A stretch of DNA of 64,000 nt from NCBI GenBank assembly GCA_948514155.1, contig CAOQYA010000002.1, forward strand, positions 24,002-88,001, given 5' to 3'. This document shows positions 62,310 to 64,000 of this stretch, piece after piece; positions within the stretch are counted from its first letter, which is position 1, and the number at the start of each line of letters is the position of its first letter. This DNA comes from an uncultured Eubacteriales bacterium. Lineage in GTDB: Bacteria > Bacillota > Clostridia > Christensenellales > UBA1242. Made by a program: the position numbers and the translations under genes. Below the pieces are notes generated by a model that worked only from the letters and a program-made list of their open reading frames with translations, had not been told where the DNA came from and did not search any database.

Positions 62310-63459
62310 TTTCCTCTCCCGAAATTTCTTCGAGGTCGTCAAAACTTGCAAATGACTCTTCGTCCTCAAGTTCGGTCAGTTCATATTCAGGCTCTTTAGG
62401 CGCCTCTTCAATTGGCTTTCCAAGAGACGACTCTGGCTTAACTTCAATCTTCCAGCCTGTAAGTCTTGCAGCAAGACGAACATTTTGTCCGCTCTTGCCG
62501 ATCGCAAGTGAAAGTTTGTCGTCTGGCACAATAACGCGAGATGCGTTAAGACTTTCGTTGGTCTCCACGCTGAGCACTTTTGCTGGGCTAAGTGAGCGAG
62601 CGATGTATTCAAGTGGGTCTTCGCTGTAAAGAATGAGGTCAATCTTCTCGCCATTGAGTTCGGAGACGATTGTGTTAATTCTTATTCCGTGATTTCCTAC
62701 GCACGCGCCGATTGGGTCGATGTTCGGCTTCTCGGTGTAAACTGCAACTTTGGAGCGATTGCCCGGGTCACGCGAGATGTTTTTGATAATCACATCGCCG
62801 CTTGCGATTTCAGGAATTTCAAGTTCGAAAACTTTTCTAACAAAGCCAATATTGCTTCTTGTCACCTGAATTTGCGGGCCGCGGAAGGAGTCTTTAATCT
62901 TTTTCACATAAACTTTAATTCTCTGCCCTATTTCGTATTTCTCGCCGGGAATTTGGTCGGTTGGAAGCATGATGCCTTCAACATGCGATCCGGAAATCTG
63001 AACATACACTGTGCCATTGTCAATTCTGCGAACAATGGTGGTGAGAAGTTCGTCCTCTTTCTCGGAGATTTCAGAAACTGCCATATCGCGCTCGAGTTCT
63101 TTAAGGCGCTGCATAACAACCTGCTTTGCTGTCTGTGCGGCAATGCGGCCGAAATCTTTAGTCGACTCCTCGGTCACAACTTCGTCGCCAAGTTTATAAG
63201 ACTTCTTGATAAGTCTAGCCTCTGCAAGAGAGATTTCTTTATCCGGGTCGGTCACTTCGTCAACGATTGTCTTAAAAGAATAAATTCTAATCGTGTTTTT
63301 CTCTGGGCTGAGTTTAACGCTTGCCGATTTAGCCTCGCCATACATTTTCTTGTATGCGGATGTGAGAGCAAATTCGAGCGCTTCAATAAATTTCTCCTTA
63401 TCAATTTTCTTTTCTGTTTCCAAGTCTTCAAGTGCTTGGAAGAAGTCTTTATTTATCAT
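62302..63459 (-). CDS. nusA: Transcription termination/antitermination factor NusA
   Basis: S1 and KH domains (GACVGNHGIRINTIVSELNGEKIDL), acidic C-terminus. Confidence 0.97.
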   Translation of the reverse strand: MINKDFFQALEDLETEKKIDKEKFIEALEFALTSAYKKMYGEAKSASVKLSPEKNTIRIYSFKTIVDEVTDPDKEISLAEARLIKKSYKLGDEVVTEESTKDFGRIAAQTAKQVVMQRLKELERDMAVSEISEKEDELLTTIVRRIDNGTVYVQISGSHVEGIMLPTDQIPGEKYEIGQRIKVYVKKIKDSFRGPQIQVTRSNIGFVRKVFELEIPEIASGDVIIKNISRDPGNRSKVAVYTEKPNIDPIGACVGNHGIRINTIVSELNGEKIDLILYSEDPLEYIARSLSPAKVLSVETNESLNASRVIVPDDKLSLAIGKSGQNVRLAARLTGWKIEVKPESSLGKPIEEAPKEPEYELTELEDEESFASFDDLEEISGEENE

Positions 63460-63470
63460 TTTTTTCTCCT

Positions 63471-63929
63471 TTAAAATTTGATTACTGGCACAATGTGTGC
63501 AATTTTGTTTCTTTGAAGTTTGATGCTGCCCTTTTCGGTCTCGATTTCAATTTCGTCCTCCGAATAGGCTTTTAACAGACCTTTGAAATTCTTTTTTCCG
63601 TCAAGTTTTTGAAAAAGTGTGATTTCAATTTCGCCATTAAGATTGCGCTTGAAATCGCGCTCCGTCTTAAGCGGCCTGTCAATTCCCGGAGAAGAGACGG
63701 ACAGAATGTAAGGCTTGTCGTCTGTTGGGTTAATTTCGTCTAAGATTGGGTCGATAATCTTGTGAATTTTCTCGCAGTCTTCAATCGTCACGCCATTGTC
63801 GCAGTCGATAGTGAACACAAGGTTCATGCCGGTGCTTTCCTTTTGATAGGAAACTTCCAAAAGTTCGTATCCTTCATTTTCGATAACCCCGCGAAGTTTT
63901 TCCTCGCAGATTTCTTTGACCTTAGCCAT
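63471..63929 (-). CDS. rimP: Ribosome maturation factor RimP
   Basis: 152 aa, SSPGIDRPL motif, upstream of nusA. Confidence 0.9.
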   Translation of the reverse strand: MAKVKEICEEKLRGVIENEGYELLEVSYQKESTGMNLVFTIDCDNGVTIEDCEKIHKIIDPILDEINPTDDKPYILSVSSPGIDRPLKTERDFKRNLNGEIEITLFQKLDGKKNFKGLLKAYSEDEIEIETEKGSIKLQRNKIAHIVPVIKF

Positions 63930-64000
63930 TTATCCTCCTTCTACAAAGAAAGTGAGCAATCGCTTGCTCACTCCCCGCATCTTCTAGTCATTTTGAGTAT

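Noticed and set aside
1-64000. CRISPR arrays, transposases or IS elements, reverse transcriptases (retron, DGR, group II intron), rRNA genes
   Set aside because: I saw no regularly spaced direct repeats with unique spacers, no ORF with transposase or RT motifs, and no rRNA-like sequence on either strand.

Overview
This window reads as a chromosomal segment of an endospore-forming Firmicute of the Clostridia type, with a moderate-to-low GC backbone. It is dominated by core genes. Sporulation loci are spoIIAA-spoIIAB-sigF, spoVAC-AD-AE, yunB, spoIVB and a complete spoIIIAA-AH operon. Housekeeping blocks are a T-box leader with pheS-pheT, nifS/iscS-thiI, argR-recN, serS, rny, tgt-queA, ruvCAB, yebC, infC-rpmI-rplT-trmH, proS, xseAB-nusB-asp23, efp and rimP-nusA-ylxR-ylxQ-infB-rbfA-nrnA-truB, plus one tRNA-Pro(CGG). 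Small AT-rich accessory insertions sit between these blocks: an XRE pair with an orphan ORF; an orphan ORF with a tyrosine recombinase; a poly-Lys protein with a membrane-tethered PadR-like protein; an isochorismatase/HD/cupin-GNAT cluster; and a DUF6273-like ORF. I found no CRISPR array, transposase, reverse transcriptase or recognisable defence operon. The most unusual signal is non-coding. It is a family of visibly GC-rich, hairpin-dense intergenic elements at 2105-2416, 19836-19990, 41870-42215, 50974-51100 and 56875-57065. Copies share sequence blocks, but their helices differ in sequence while staying complementary. One copy forms a perfect four-way-junction cloverleaf inside the spoIIIA operon. 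Two copies abut the ribosome-binding sites of downstream genes and carry anti-SD-like pairings. One copy is tied to a duplicated 21-nt tRNA-Pro 3' end. A second dispersed signal is a 20-23 nt motif (TTATGTCATAATACACACAA, palindromic core) at 21, 12041 and 25431, with degenerate copies near 27879 and 28037, next to HTH-regulator and recombinase genes. All functional calls come from reading the translated ORFs and sequence motifs by eye. No database search or computation was run.
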